64,000 nt of DNA from contig JASANG010003582.1 in the NCBI GenBank assembly GCA_030248215.1, positions 186,001-250,000 on the forward strand, given 5' to 3'. The position numbers and the translations under genes were made by a program. This DNA is from Enoplolaimus lenunculus (lineage: Eukaryota). The notes below the pieces were generated by a model. The model was not told the DNA's origin and made no database searches. It saw nothing but the letters and a program-made list of their open reading frames with translations. The first letter of the stretch is position 1. Every line of letters begins with the position of its first letter. Positions 12,001 through 26,723 of this stretch are shown piece after piece.

Positions 12001-15000
12001 TTTGGTTGAGTTTTTGATCTGCAAGTGTTAAAACTTTCCAAAAGGTGATTCAGGCTCTGTTAACTTAGTTCTATAATCAAAAGCAAGTGTGTTGGAACGT
12101 TGCCAGATTTGATTTTTCACAACGTAGCGTTTTTCACTTGTAGTTACCGGCGAACTACTTGCCACCGATATGTTCGAGCCTATGGGAATACACACGGATG
12201 AAAACGAACATAGCATTGAAATGCATTTGCCTTACATTGCCAAGGTCATGCAATGGTACGGTGATGGTTGTTTAGATTAATTAATATTGTAGAATGTATT
12301 AAAACAGACGTCATCTCAAAGTTATGATAAATATGGAAACATACATACTGATAAACGCCACCACGCTAAAAATATTAATTGTTTCTAGATTTATTTTATA
12401 TCTAAAATCAGAGTACAGCCGGAGTTACAATTTAACGGAACCGGAATTTTAAAAACTTACCGTAAACGGAACCGGAACCGGAAAATGTAAAATATATGCC
12501 ACCGAAACATTCATTTTAACTTTCATTTTCGCAATATTATTGATGAAATAACATTAGTTGAAGACATGTATTCACTTTATCTGCTGTTTTTTAGATTTTC
12601 ATAATCCACGGAAGTGAAATCCACCTTCTATGGTTTATTTTTGGCGATTGTCGAGGTTTGCACATTGTACTAATGAAATCTAGCTTATTTTTATCGTCAT
12701 TTTGTAGCAAAGGATCCGGAAGGTAAAAAAATGCCGTAACCGGAATCGGAATTCCGGTTGCACCCTGCCTAAAATATATTTTGAACTTTTTCTGTGGCGT
12801 TTATTGATTAGTGTGTAAAGTTATTTATATTGAATTATGCAGGAACGAGAGAGTGAGACCTCGGCTAATAAAACAACGTTTTTGTAAATATTATTGATTT
12901 AGTTGGCAGGGATGGGAGTCTCAGTGTTAGTTTCGGTCTCAAGTTTTAAAAACCTCAGACTCGCTCATTCTCACAGATTTATCAAATAAGACTGTCGGTA
13001 TAGGCCCAGCATCGGAGTGAGATTTTCAAAAATTTCGGAGCGTGTTTCCCGTTTCATACCGGCATCCAGGCCCACCGAGTGGAAAAGTTGAACATTGACA
13101 ACGTACTTCTTTACGCAACAGTTTAGCTAAATTTAATAAAAGTGTTTATGAACTTCTGAATTGTACGCAAACAATGATTTCGTTGAATTTTGGTGTATAA
13201 GTGGACGGGTGTGCTTGTACGTATACATTGCAAATATAAAAGCGATGGACTCAATTCTCAGTCTTAAGCATATAGTATCAGTCCCAAATTTTCTATGAGA
13301 CTCCCATCCATGTTAGCTAGAAGATCGATATGTTGCGTTGTATTTTAAAGAATACTTCTTCTTCTCGAAAAAGGTTTAAGATTGTAGTTGGCTTTTGTTT
13401 TCCGCTTCGTTTTAAGTTGAAATTTTTTTACACACCTTCGGTGGTGCAGTGTTAACCGCATGGCTATTATTATAAGTTGTTTTTATATTTCTGTAATTTG
13501 CTGGTTTCAAATCTTGGGCATTATATTTGTCCCACTGATTTCATTTTCAGTCGCGGCTTTGGAGACTTCCAGATTGTGCCTATAATGGTTGGGAGCCTCA
13601 GTCCTGCACGGCAAGCTCAATACGGAAAATTGCTTGCTAAATATCTTGCAGAACCTCGGAATTTATTTGTGATCTCGTCTGACTTTTGTCATTGGGGTAT
13701 GTACGTATTGTAAAAGTGTCATATTGCTTATTGTTATGCATTAACAACTAGCGCATGCGCAAAATTAGTTTTAAAAATTCTGATTAAAAAACTATGGAAC
13801 AGCACTTGAAAACACGACTTTAGATTCTAGAGAAAACTGCTATCGGCTCCTTGTAAAAACAAACTTATAACAAATACTAAATCGGCGTGATTAGGTTGTT
13901 GCTTGTTTTGGTCCAAATATACACGTACGTATATACTTATGTCTGTACGGCAAAAGTCCACACCGATTTTTGCATTAATATTTTATAACAAAGTTTGTTT
14001 TGTTTAGGTGTTTGTACTCTTGATCAGTAGCAATATGTACCTAAATTAGACGATAGTGCCTATGCCGCTTGACGTTAAACACTGTCGTGCTAGTATATAT
14101 TTAACAAAAAGCTTAACACCTATGTTGTTGCAGGCCAACGTTTTCACTTTACTCCGTACGATCGCAGCTGTGGAGATGTTCATAACAGTATTGAGAAAAT
14201 GGATCGCGAGGTATGTTAACAGGTTTGGTTTTATAATTTTCACTACCATTATTAGCGCCTACAAATTTTGTTGAAACTTTTGTTGAAATAGGAAACTATT
14301 CTTTAATATTGAAGTTGCATGATTTAATAAATTGGGCATTTTATAATTGCGCTTTGTTGGTATAAGTTAGGTATATGCAATGTGCGTAGTTCGCTACCTT
14401 TGTTATATCAAACGTATGCCGTGAGTCTGAGTAGTAACACGATTGTACATATTCTCTAAAATCATGGACAGTATAGATCTGCAGATCACAACAGGTTTTC
14501 CAAAAACAGATTTATTAATTCCGTTGACTTGTGAGGGGTCCGAGAAAAATTTAGCCTAGGGCCCTGTGTAGCCTTGGACTGGTCCTGCATGGGCTTTGGG
14601 TCTGTTTTCATTTTGCAAGTCGTGAAATGGTTTTGATATTTTTTGTAGGGAATGCGCATCGTCGAAAGCTTGGATCCTTTGGCGTTTAACGACTACCTGA
14701 AACACACTAGTAATACAATTTGTGGACGCTATCCAATTTGTGTCATGCTGCAGGTTTGTTCGGTTTTTGAACACATTAAATTTATCTTTGCCGTTGTTCA
14801 AATTATCGGGTTTTTACAGTCCGTACTACAACTTATTAAAGTTGTTAATTATGGTTTGATTGTTTTGTGCGGTGTTAATTTCTCGAATGCGCCGAATTTA
14901 GAAATAACCACAAGGTTAGCGAACAAAATCCTTAATACGCAGGGACAGATCATCCAGATCCAAAAATTTTTCATTGGGGCGCAAATACTTCTGTAAAAAA

Positions 15001-15474
15001 TGTTCTGGCGAACGTGTGCGCCCGGTATACAGTAAAGAAAGCCTCGGTAGCGAGAATTCAAAGTTAATATTTGTGGCACGAAAGTAAAAATTGTAACACA
15101 GGTGACCTCCATTTTATGATAAACACTTTTTCTGATGGGGGTGTGAACCCGCTTTCATCTGGAACCGTTCCTTCCAATATGAATTTGTTTAAACTAAAGT
15201 GTTATTTAGTCGTGTATCTCAATTTGTCCATCATGGTGTTCGGTTTCGTCTGTGTATTAGTATGCCATTGCTGTTTAAGGCTGTAGACCATTTTCGTGCG
15301 TTGTATAATTATCGCACAGATTTTCGTTTTCTTCATTACGCGCAGTCTAACCGGTGCCGTTCAATGACAGAATCAAGTGTGAGTTACGCTGCCGGTTCAC
15401 TTGTGATCCGATCGAAAAATTCATGTTGCTCATCGTCATCAACATCATCAGTTTCAATGTCAAGTTATTCTTGA
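6089..15474 (+). CDS. MEMO1: Protein MEMO1 (mediator of cell motility 1), 9 coding exons, 317 aa
   Basis: Exons 6089-6143, 8011-8092, 9651-9719, 10035-10147, 12144-12255, 13551-13696, 14134-14210, 14649-14753, 15280-15474 (954 nt, phases consistent). Motifs [67 protein letters not shown]. Intron 4 needs a GC donor. Confidence 0.96.
6205..6739 (-). repeat. Tandem ~350-bp units each containing a tRNA-like sequence (copies 6271-6341, 6647-6724), MEMO1 intron 1
   Basis: Minus strand reads GGCCGTGTGGTGTAATGG...GAGAGGTC...GTTCGATTCCCGG with A- and B-box-like motifs. Flanks on both sides are repeated; there is an internal 39-bp duplication at ~6413-6490. Confidence 0.8.
7481..7887 (-). repeat. Further tandem unit with the best-preserved tRNA-like copy (7770-7842, anticodon-position CGC)
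   Basis: Near-identical to 6331-6739. The 73-nt copy folds into an imperfect cloverleaf with mismatches in the acceptor and T stems, so it is probably not a functional tRNA. Confidence 0.8.
8170..9474 (+). mobile_element. Helentron/DINE-1-like element with expanded internal subrepeats and two 3' ends, MEMO1 intron 2
   Basis: Repeated gcgaggaatctgaataaa and agttagctaatag..aatttgcatat blocks. The 3' module gcttcgctcaa + hairpin gtagt-ccc-actac occurs at 9007-9035 and again at 9439-9467. Confidence 0.75.
11575..11996 (+). mobile_element. Compact complete Helentron/DINE-1-like element, MEMO1 intron 4
   Basis: 5' ttaagcgaagc followed by the hairpin aaactccgagc-caa-gctcggagttt; 3' inverted motif ggttcgctcaa (11960-11970) followed by a short stem-loop at 11976-11988. 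Confidence 0.75.
12409..12767. mobile_element. hAT-like MITE (CAGGGTGCAACCGGA family)
   Basis: Imperfect TIRs cagagtacagccggag / ttccggttgcaccctg; 8-bp TSD tctaaaat/cctaaaat; internally similar to 50019-50417 and 59468-59843. Confidence 0.8.
12907..13312. mobile_element. hAT-like MITE (CAGGGATGGGAGTCTCA family)
   Basis: TIRs cagggatgggagtctca / tgagactcccatccatg; degenerate 8-bp TSD ttagttgg/ttagctag. Confidence 0.75.
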
Positions 15475-17067
15475 CGACAGCCTTTATACATTGCAGCATG
15501 TGCGTAGGTAGTATTTTGGAGCAGAATTGCGTTTTGTTATAGTGTCGATGGTGATTTTGTGTTGCAAACTGATAATGTGTCTAATTTGGTGTTTTGACAC
15601 CTGAAGCCACTATGGCTGCGCCGTTGCATTCTAGTGCACTACGGTATTCCCAACGAAAATAGAGTTTATTCATAACCACTTTGTTATTTTGTGTGTGGAC
15701 AATGTTATGTTATCTTGTGCTATTTTGGCTCTGTATTATTTGGTATCGATACACTCACTGTATGTATATTATGTAACTATAGCACGCAAAAGCAAATATA
15801 CGAACCAGCAAATTTTAAAATCCAAAGCCTGGACCTGGAATTTCTTAAATAAAATACCCGTAGCCGGTATTTCTAAAATCCAAGACGCTGACTTGGAATT
15901 TTTATTAAAGGAAACATGAACGAGAACAAAATTTTTGACATAAAAAGTAACAAAATTTTTATGACAAAACTTATGTGCATAGGAGCCGGGCAAATCGAGT
16001 TTGAAGGGCAGTTCATCGAGCGACCGGTCAATCAGCAACAAACCCCAACTTGACAGCAATAACTATGAGCAACACTTCGTTCAGAGTGTATATACGTGAA
16101 ATGCAGTGTGTATCAATTGCTAAGCGTACATGCGAAGCACAGAATCGAATGAACATTTTCCTTAAAAAAAGGTTAAAAATATGCTCAATTAATGGAATTT
16201 ATCATCTGAACGCCGCATACTATGTGCAATGTTAATGTACCGAAATTTAATAAATTTTGGTGTACTTAAGTATTCAAAAGTACAATAAGCATTGTCTAAA
16301 AAAATCTTTATGTGGTGTGAGAGATGACTATTTCTAGTCCTTTCCGAATTATTCTAGACGTCAGAACTCTGCTGATGGCTTCGTTAGGTGTGCTTAAAAT
16401 TCACCTGTCACTTGCCTGTGTATAAAATATTTTGTTAATATATAACTAGCTGTTATCAGGGTGCAACTGGAGGTGTAAAACCTCAAACTGTAATGTGCTG
16501 TTAAGCAGTTTGGTTTCGCGCGTTTTACAAAATTTCTGCAATTGTTTCCTCAACAGATAAATATTGTAAAACTATGCAACATTTCGCTATCGAAATTACC
16601 GGAATCTCGTGCAAAAATTCTACAGGAGCCGGAAATCGATTATCTGCTGGAGATGGCTGCAGACCTTCAGTTGTACCCCGCTTCGCCTATTATGCAGCTA
16701 TATTAAAGCAAGCCTTAGTTTGTTAGCTTTATCACTAAACAAAGCGATTTTTATTTTAATTCCAGAATATGCTAAACCTTAAACGTTCTTTTGTTATTTT
16801 ATTCCGCTGCACTTGTGGTATTGATAAAGTATTGTATGCGCAACTGTTGTTTGTTTGTTTACGCGTCCTTAAGAGTTGTATAAACGTGCAAGTAAACAGT
16901 ACAGTGTTTTTTGAATAATTTTACAGCGTTTTCGAGCGAGTGTAACTATTCATCAAAATGAATTAGCTGTTCCGGGACTTAACGGATGGTTCATGTTCAT
17001 TTTAAAACATATATACGGAAATATATTGCAAGGCTGCTGCCGGCGCTGTCAGTTATTGATTTCACGG

Positions 17068-17860
17068 TGTGGTGCGACCGGATACCAAAAATGACGGAAT
17101 GAGTTTAATATCCGGCCGGAGCCGAATAATGGATTCAAATGAATAATTCGTCCGTGGCTTAAGGTATCCAAAGTGTTAATACGTGACAAAGTTTAACACC
17201 TCACACCAGGGTGCAATCGGAGGTGAAAAATACCGGAGCCGGAGATAAACGAAACTTGCCGGAGCCGGCCCATGTACAGATCAAGGGCGGAACGTTTTTC
17301 TGTGGTGCTTATAGTAAAGTTTAAGCTTTTGACTAATTTTTTTGTTTGACAGGCTTAGGAATATGCTCATTTTTACGCTTAGGCTAGGAGTATGTTTATA
17401 ATACTGATCCGACCCTGTTCTTTACACTATCCCCGAAGCCGGAGGTGAGACGAAATTAGGTAGTAAAAATGATAGTTAATTTTAGCCAATATCTGCAATT
17501 GTTGTAAAGTTGTCTGGTTTTACGCTAATTTTCTGCGAAATTTTGGAAATTCTTTCCTGAAAATTGTGATAAAAGTAAAACGAAACGCGCAAAACTGATA
17601 AATTATGCAAAATTTTACTACCGAAATTGCCGGAACCTAAACAAAAATTCTACCAAAGCCGGAGGCCGATTTTCTGCCAGAGCCGGAAGCAGTACATTTT
17701 TCTGCTTAGGCTTTAGGCTTAGAAACACACTTTGCAACGGTTAGGCGTAGGCTTAGGAATACGTTTAATCTACTGTTACGCCCCTTAAAGTTAGCGTTGC
17801 GTTCAGTTGCAATATTTGTTTGGTCCATGCTCCTTTTAAGGGCATCCAGTTTTCCGTAGG
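17068..17860. mobile_element. Nested MITE cluster (three families)
   Basis: The outer element matches 41806-42130. It is interrupted at 17207 by the family seen at 62625-62984, which is itself interrupted at 17267-17432 by the TTAGGC-bearing family (TSD ccggagcc/ccgaagcc). Confidence 0.7.
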
Positions 17861-17979
17861 TAGTACAAAATAGAAATGGCTATGATTATGCTATTATTTT
17901 TGCTTATGCTTATAATTTTTAGTTACAAACATGTTTTTACGCCGAAGTTTAGGCTTAGCTTTTGGATAGAAATATGCTG

Positions 17980-18665
17980 ATACGGAGTTCACGTTATAAC
18001 CGGGACAGCTTGGGACACGTTTTGTCCATATTAGACTATTGTGTAATATTTTGTCTACATATAGACCCTATATTGCATTCAAAAATTCGTATTTGTCTGC
18101 TATTAACATGTGTTTGTCACTTTTTGTTCTTCAATATCATACGATATTCGAGGTATTGTCTGCGAATATCATATATGATATATTTTCAAATGTCTGCATT
18201 CTTCAGGTAACATACCCAAATTGTCCTGTTGAATATCATATGATACCAGAATTTGAAATTTGAATTTTTGAATTATTAAGCTGTGGTTTTATTTAATAGG
18301 TTTTTTGTCGGAAACGATTTTCAGGCGTGTATTTAGTGTTTAAAGCACATTTGTTCCGTTACCGTCCAACTTTTCATTCATTTATTAGTACACAAACGTT
18401 ACACTGTCCCGCTGAATATCATATGATATTCGTTGAAATTTTGGAATATCATATGATATTCGCATAAACGTCGCACAGTATCACGTGGCATACCGTCCCT
18501 TGTGCACATTGATCATTTGAGAGCGGTAGTTTGTAAGATAATGTCATATGACATTCGACTTTTGTCTGTTGACGCGATATAAGAGCCCGGATTTTAACGT
18601 TGACGTCGAATCAACATGGGACAAACCGTATCCCGCCTGCCCAGGTTATAACGTGAACCCCGCAT
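17980..18665. mobile_element. Non-autonomous TIR element with internal GAATATCATATGATATTC palindromes
   Basis: Termini atacggagttcacgttataacc / ggttataacgtgaaccccgcat are inverted with 2 mismatches; perfect 18-bp palindromes at 18414-18431 and 18444-18461 plus degenerate copies. Confidence 0.7.
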
Positions 18666-20305
18666 GAGATATATCCTGTTACGTTAATGAAATAACGCTA
18701 GTCATATTTATCAGGTTTTCCAGCGTTGTTGTAACCCAAAAAAGATTGTAAACGTACAGAAAGACATACAAACGTTTACATAACCTGTATATGACAGAAA
18801 AAAAATATGTAAAAGTAAGTCATTTCCTTCCCTGGTAGTAGGAGTAAATACAAATCATGGTTTCAATTTCTTGAAGTATTCAAAAAACATTCGGCTAGCG
18901 CAATTTTTCGCTACGGATACATCGCAATTGTTCGATGTAAAAGAAAAATTACGGAATACATCAAAAATCTTTAAAATATCGGTGCATCCGCTGTTTCTTC
19001 AAAAATTTAAAATGTGAATATTTGTGTGCCTCAATTGTGTTGGCAAACAACTTAGAAACTTTCTTATCTGTTTCTGTTATTTTGATCATTATCCGTTTCC
19101 GTTATTTTGATCACATTCGTTTCCGTTATTTTTGGTATTCATTTACCCTCATTCATTCTGAATGCAATCTTCCTGATTTAATACGAAGGTGTAATGAGTG
19201 CTTAAAATGTAAATTGCTGTAAAATTACCTTAAAATTGTGACAATTCTACTTAGGGAACTGTTTGGTAAGATATCGGGTTGAAGAGCGAATTCAACAGGT
19301 AAATTCTACCGTGGCCGTTTTCTGTAAAAATTGGGAAGAACTATGTCATGAACGGTAAAAATAAACTAGTTTAATTTGTCCGTTTGAAAAATCAAACGGT
19401 GAAAGAATTATACCGTGAGCAGGGAAAGAATTAAACTAGTCTCATCCCCTTTGTAAAGGTTGACAAATCGAAAAAAGGTTCAGTTGAGCACGTTCATACT
19501 GAAATTTTTACAAAAAGAACTTTCCTGATTTAGAAACACTTTGTAGCAGTAGCATCAAAATTTCAATTACGAAACTTCTGCTGGATAAATTAAAACATAG
19601 GAAGCGGTCTGTTTTCTGCTGGAGCCAGAAACAGATCAGCATGTGCCATTGAGTTCACATAGCGCACTACGAGATTCGATCTAGCGTTTGCACGACTGGT
19701 CTGTGTAATTCCTTTCTCATCTAAGCAAAAAATGTCGCATAATTATTGTTATTCATTTTTTTGTTATATTTAACCAGTGGTGAGGTATGACACAACGAAA
19801 CAAAATTATTAGTAAATTGGCCCGCTATCGAACAATCCGTAATTGTTTTTTCAAATACAAAATTAATAATTTGATAGGCATAATAGGATACATTTAAGGT
19901 TGTAAATAACATTGGCTAATGTTACTTGAAGGGCCATAGCTCTATAAATTAAACATTATGCTAAGCATAGCATAAGTATAAACGTAAGTATTAACCTTAA
20001 GCCTAAGCATAAATAAAATAGTCTAAAATCTAATTATACTTTACTGCAGTCCTGCGAAAACATGCAATGGGCCATAGTTTTAATTACCAAAATTTAAAAT
20101 CGGGTTTGGGTAGGGAAAATCTAATAAAACATTTTTAAATCCTGAGTTAAATTTAGCTACGCATAATAGAATACATTTAAGGTTATAAATAATTTTAAGA
20201 ATTAAAATTGTAGATTTGCTCTGTAAAGTTGTTGCAATTTAATGGCAAGGCATTATTCTACTTAGGTCTGTTTTCTAATAACCAACTTGTTTCATTTTGT
20301 GTGAA

Positions 20306-24357
<4,052 letters not shown>

Positions 24358-24774
24358 TTAAATTTTATATTTCGGATATCTGAACTCGATTTTGTTTTTT
24401 GGGTTTCCAAATTTCAATTTTCGTTTCTTAAGCACCTGTTTTAATTTGCTGGCGATTGTAATTAGCGTGAAAGATAGAATTCTCAAAATAGTATTTATTA
24501 TGCAACTACTTCAATAGTGCTGGGTATTCGGTTTACAAGATTGCTACTGACTAATAAATACTTGCGTTTGACACCAAAAATTGAGTTTATTTGGTTTGTC
24601 TGCGTCTGATATAAAACATTGTAACAAAGATTCTATGCAATGTCACCCTTCCCTCGAACTATATATACCTACGTGAGTCGTTTTGCATTCCAAGAAGAAA
24701 GAACCACATTAAAATATACATACGTTTAATCATATAAATAACAGCCCATGTTATTTCTTGTGGTGCCCCGCTTT

Positions 24775-24951
24775 TAGCGGCGAATCTGGAAATTTTTGAC
24801 TGGGGCCAGACTGGTAAATATTTTGAAACCCATTTTTCACCAAAACATTTTCTGAGGGGGAATTTGTAATGTAGTTACCTGATACCATTTTATTGCAAAA
24901 AATAATAACAGGGGGCGTACGCCCGCCCGCTCCCCTCTGGATTCGCTAGTG
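24775..24951. mobile_element. hAT-like MITE (YAGCGGCGGATCCA family)
   Basis: Degenerate TIRs tagcggcgaatctgga / tctggattcgctagtg; 8-bp TSD cccgcttt/tccgcttt. Confidence 0.65.
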
Positions 24952-25472
24952 TCCGCTTTCTCACTAGACAGCAATAAAGTAGGTTTGAATTTTAGGCTAT
25001 TTTTTGCTTGGGCTTAGGCGTAAGGTATGTTTTGATTGTTGCATTGCTAAAAGTAATATTTGTCCAAGTCTTCAGGACCCGCTCTACTCTATATATCGAA
25101 ACATAATGCATATTTGGCTCCTAACAACCTCCCCTGATAATTTCAATTAAATTTCAACTTTATTAAAGATTGAACATATGGTTTCACTTTTTGTAATCTT
25201 ATGAGGACTACTGCGGAACCAAAAATGTATTTTCAACAGTTGAGAAATCTACATCTTTTCATGTAATACTGTGTAAAAGTGGCGCGCTATGTTGAATTGT
25301 GTCATTTTTTGCGTTGGATGACTGGTTTAGCGCACCTAATTTACTGTTAATTTTTGAATTTTAATTATATGAATTGTTTATGCGATGCCACCATCAGAAT
25401 AAATTGTCTTGACTTTTCGAGAATCCTACTTTCTTAAATTTTCAAGACAAATGTCTGGTATTTCAGACATTA

Positions 25473-25655
25473 CTGTATTGACCCGAATAAGGGGGAGGGG
25501 TAATAAGAGGAGGTCCCCATTTTGAGTCCGAATCAATTGAAGTCCGTAGCCCTAATAAGAGTTCACAAGCGGATAGAGTCCCTAAGCTCTAATTAGAGTC
25601 CATAAACCCTAATTGTAGCGCATAAATGACTCCAGGACCGAATAATTTGTGTTGG
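25473..25655. mobile_element. Terminal part of a TA-flanked Tc1/mariner/pogo (Tc2-like) MITE, inverted relative to 26307-26723
   Basis: ta|ctgtattgacccgaataag is the reverse complement of the end at 26723; ~180 bp is similar to the reverse complement of 26560-26723. Confidence 0.65.
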
Positions 25656-26306
25656 CACGAATTTTCATAGAACCTCTCACAACCCCCGTTAGGCGGCGGG
25701 GGTAAAACTCGAATTTTTCATAAAATCCCTTAACCGGCTGCAGCAGAAAATCAATTTGTAGACAAAAATCTTCAAGTTAGAAATTTAACACTGTTTATGA
25801 ACGATTAGACAAATATTTCTGAAATATGAAAGAAATGTTTGTAATACAAAACTAAGATTTTCCAGGGAAATGATTCCAAAATTGGGGGGGCGCGAAGCTC
25901 AACCAAATATCCTAATTTTACAATCTAGGATACGTCTAGGACGTAAACTTAGATTGCGGGGGGAGCCTGAACTTGACCCAAAATATTCGGGTTGCATCAT
26001 AACTAGTGATAGGTATCGGATATTTTTTCATATCCAGATATCTGGCAAATCTTGCTGGACATTTATCCGGATATCCGAAATTAAATTTTCTATTTCGGAT
26101 ATTCGAAACTCAATTTTGTGTTTTTTGGGTTTCCGAACGTCAATTGTCGTTTCTCAAGCACTTTTTTAGCTTGTTTCTCTAACAGAAGTACCCTGACCTA
26201 CAAGCTGATGGCTATGAGCATAACAAAATTACTGACGGGCGCGTACAACCGCCCCCCCTGAGTCCGCTGGTGCCCGCCTTCTCACTAGACCGAAATAGAC
26301 TACCTA

Positions 26307-26723
26307 CTGTAGTGACCCGAACAAGAGGGGGGACTGATATTTATTTGGCCTCTCCAGAGGGTAGGTACCCCCTTGTTATTCGGTTACAGACTTATTTATT
26401 TTTAACCCACGCTCCGCCGCCTTTCGTTACTGATATATATCCGGTACTGCAATTATCCGTTGAATTAAACGTTTATTTGTCTTGTGTCAATAGCTTGAGC
26501 GATAATACAAGGTTATACTTAGGAATGTACTTTCAAAATTTGAGTACGCTTTGAAATTTTGAACCCAAATTATTTGGTCCTGGAGTCATTTATGCGCTAC
26601 ATTAGGGTATGGAATTTAATTAGGGTTAAGAGATTATCGACTTACGGACTCTTATTAGGGATACGGACTCCTATTGATTCGGTCTCGAAATGGGGACCCC
26701 CTCTCTTATTCGGGTCAATACAG
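26307..26723. mobile_element. TA-flanked Tc1/mariner/pogo (Tc2-like) MITE
   Basis: TA|ctgtagtgacccgaacaagag ... ctcttattcgggtcaatacag|TA. Related fragments at ~35600-35660 and ~46866-47010. Confidence 0.75.

Noticed and set aside
25473..26723. Single 1.25-kb element with ~180-bp TIRs capturing the YIPF4 3' UTR
   Set aside because: A separate left TIR at 26307 and flank homology continuing past 26723 favour two inverted MITE copies plus a local duplication.
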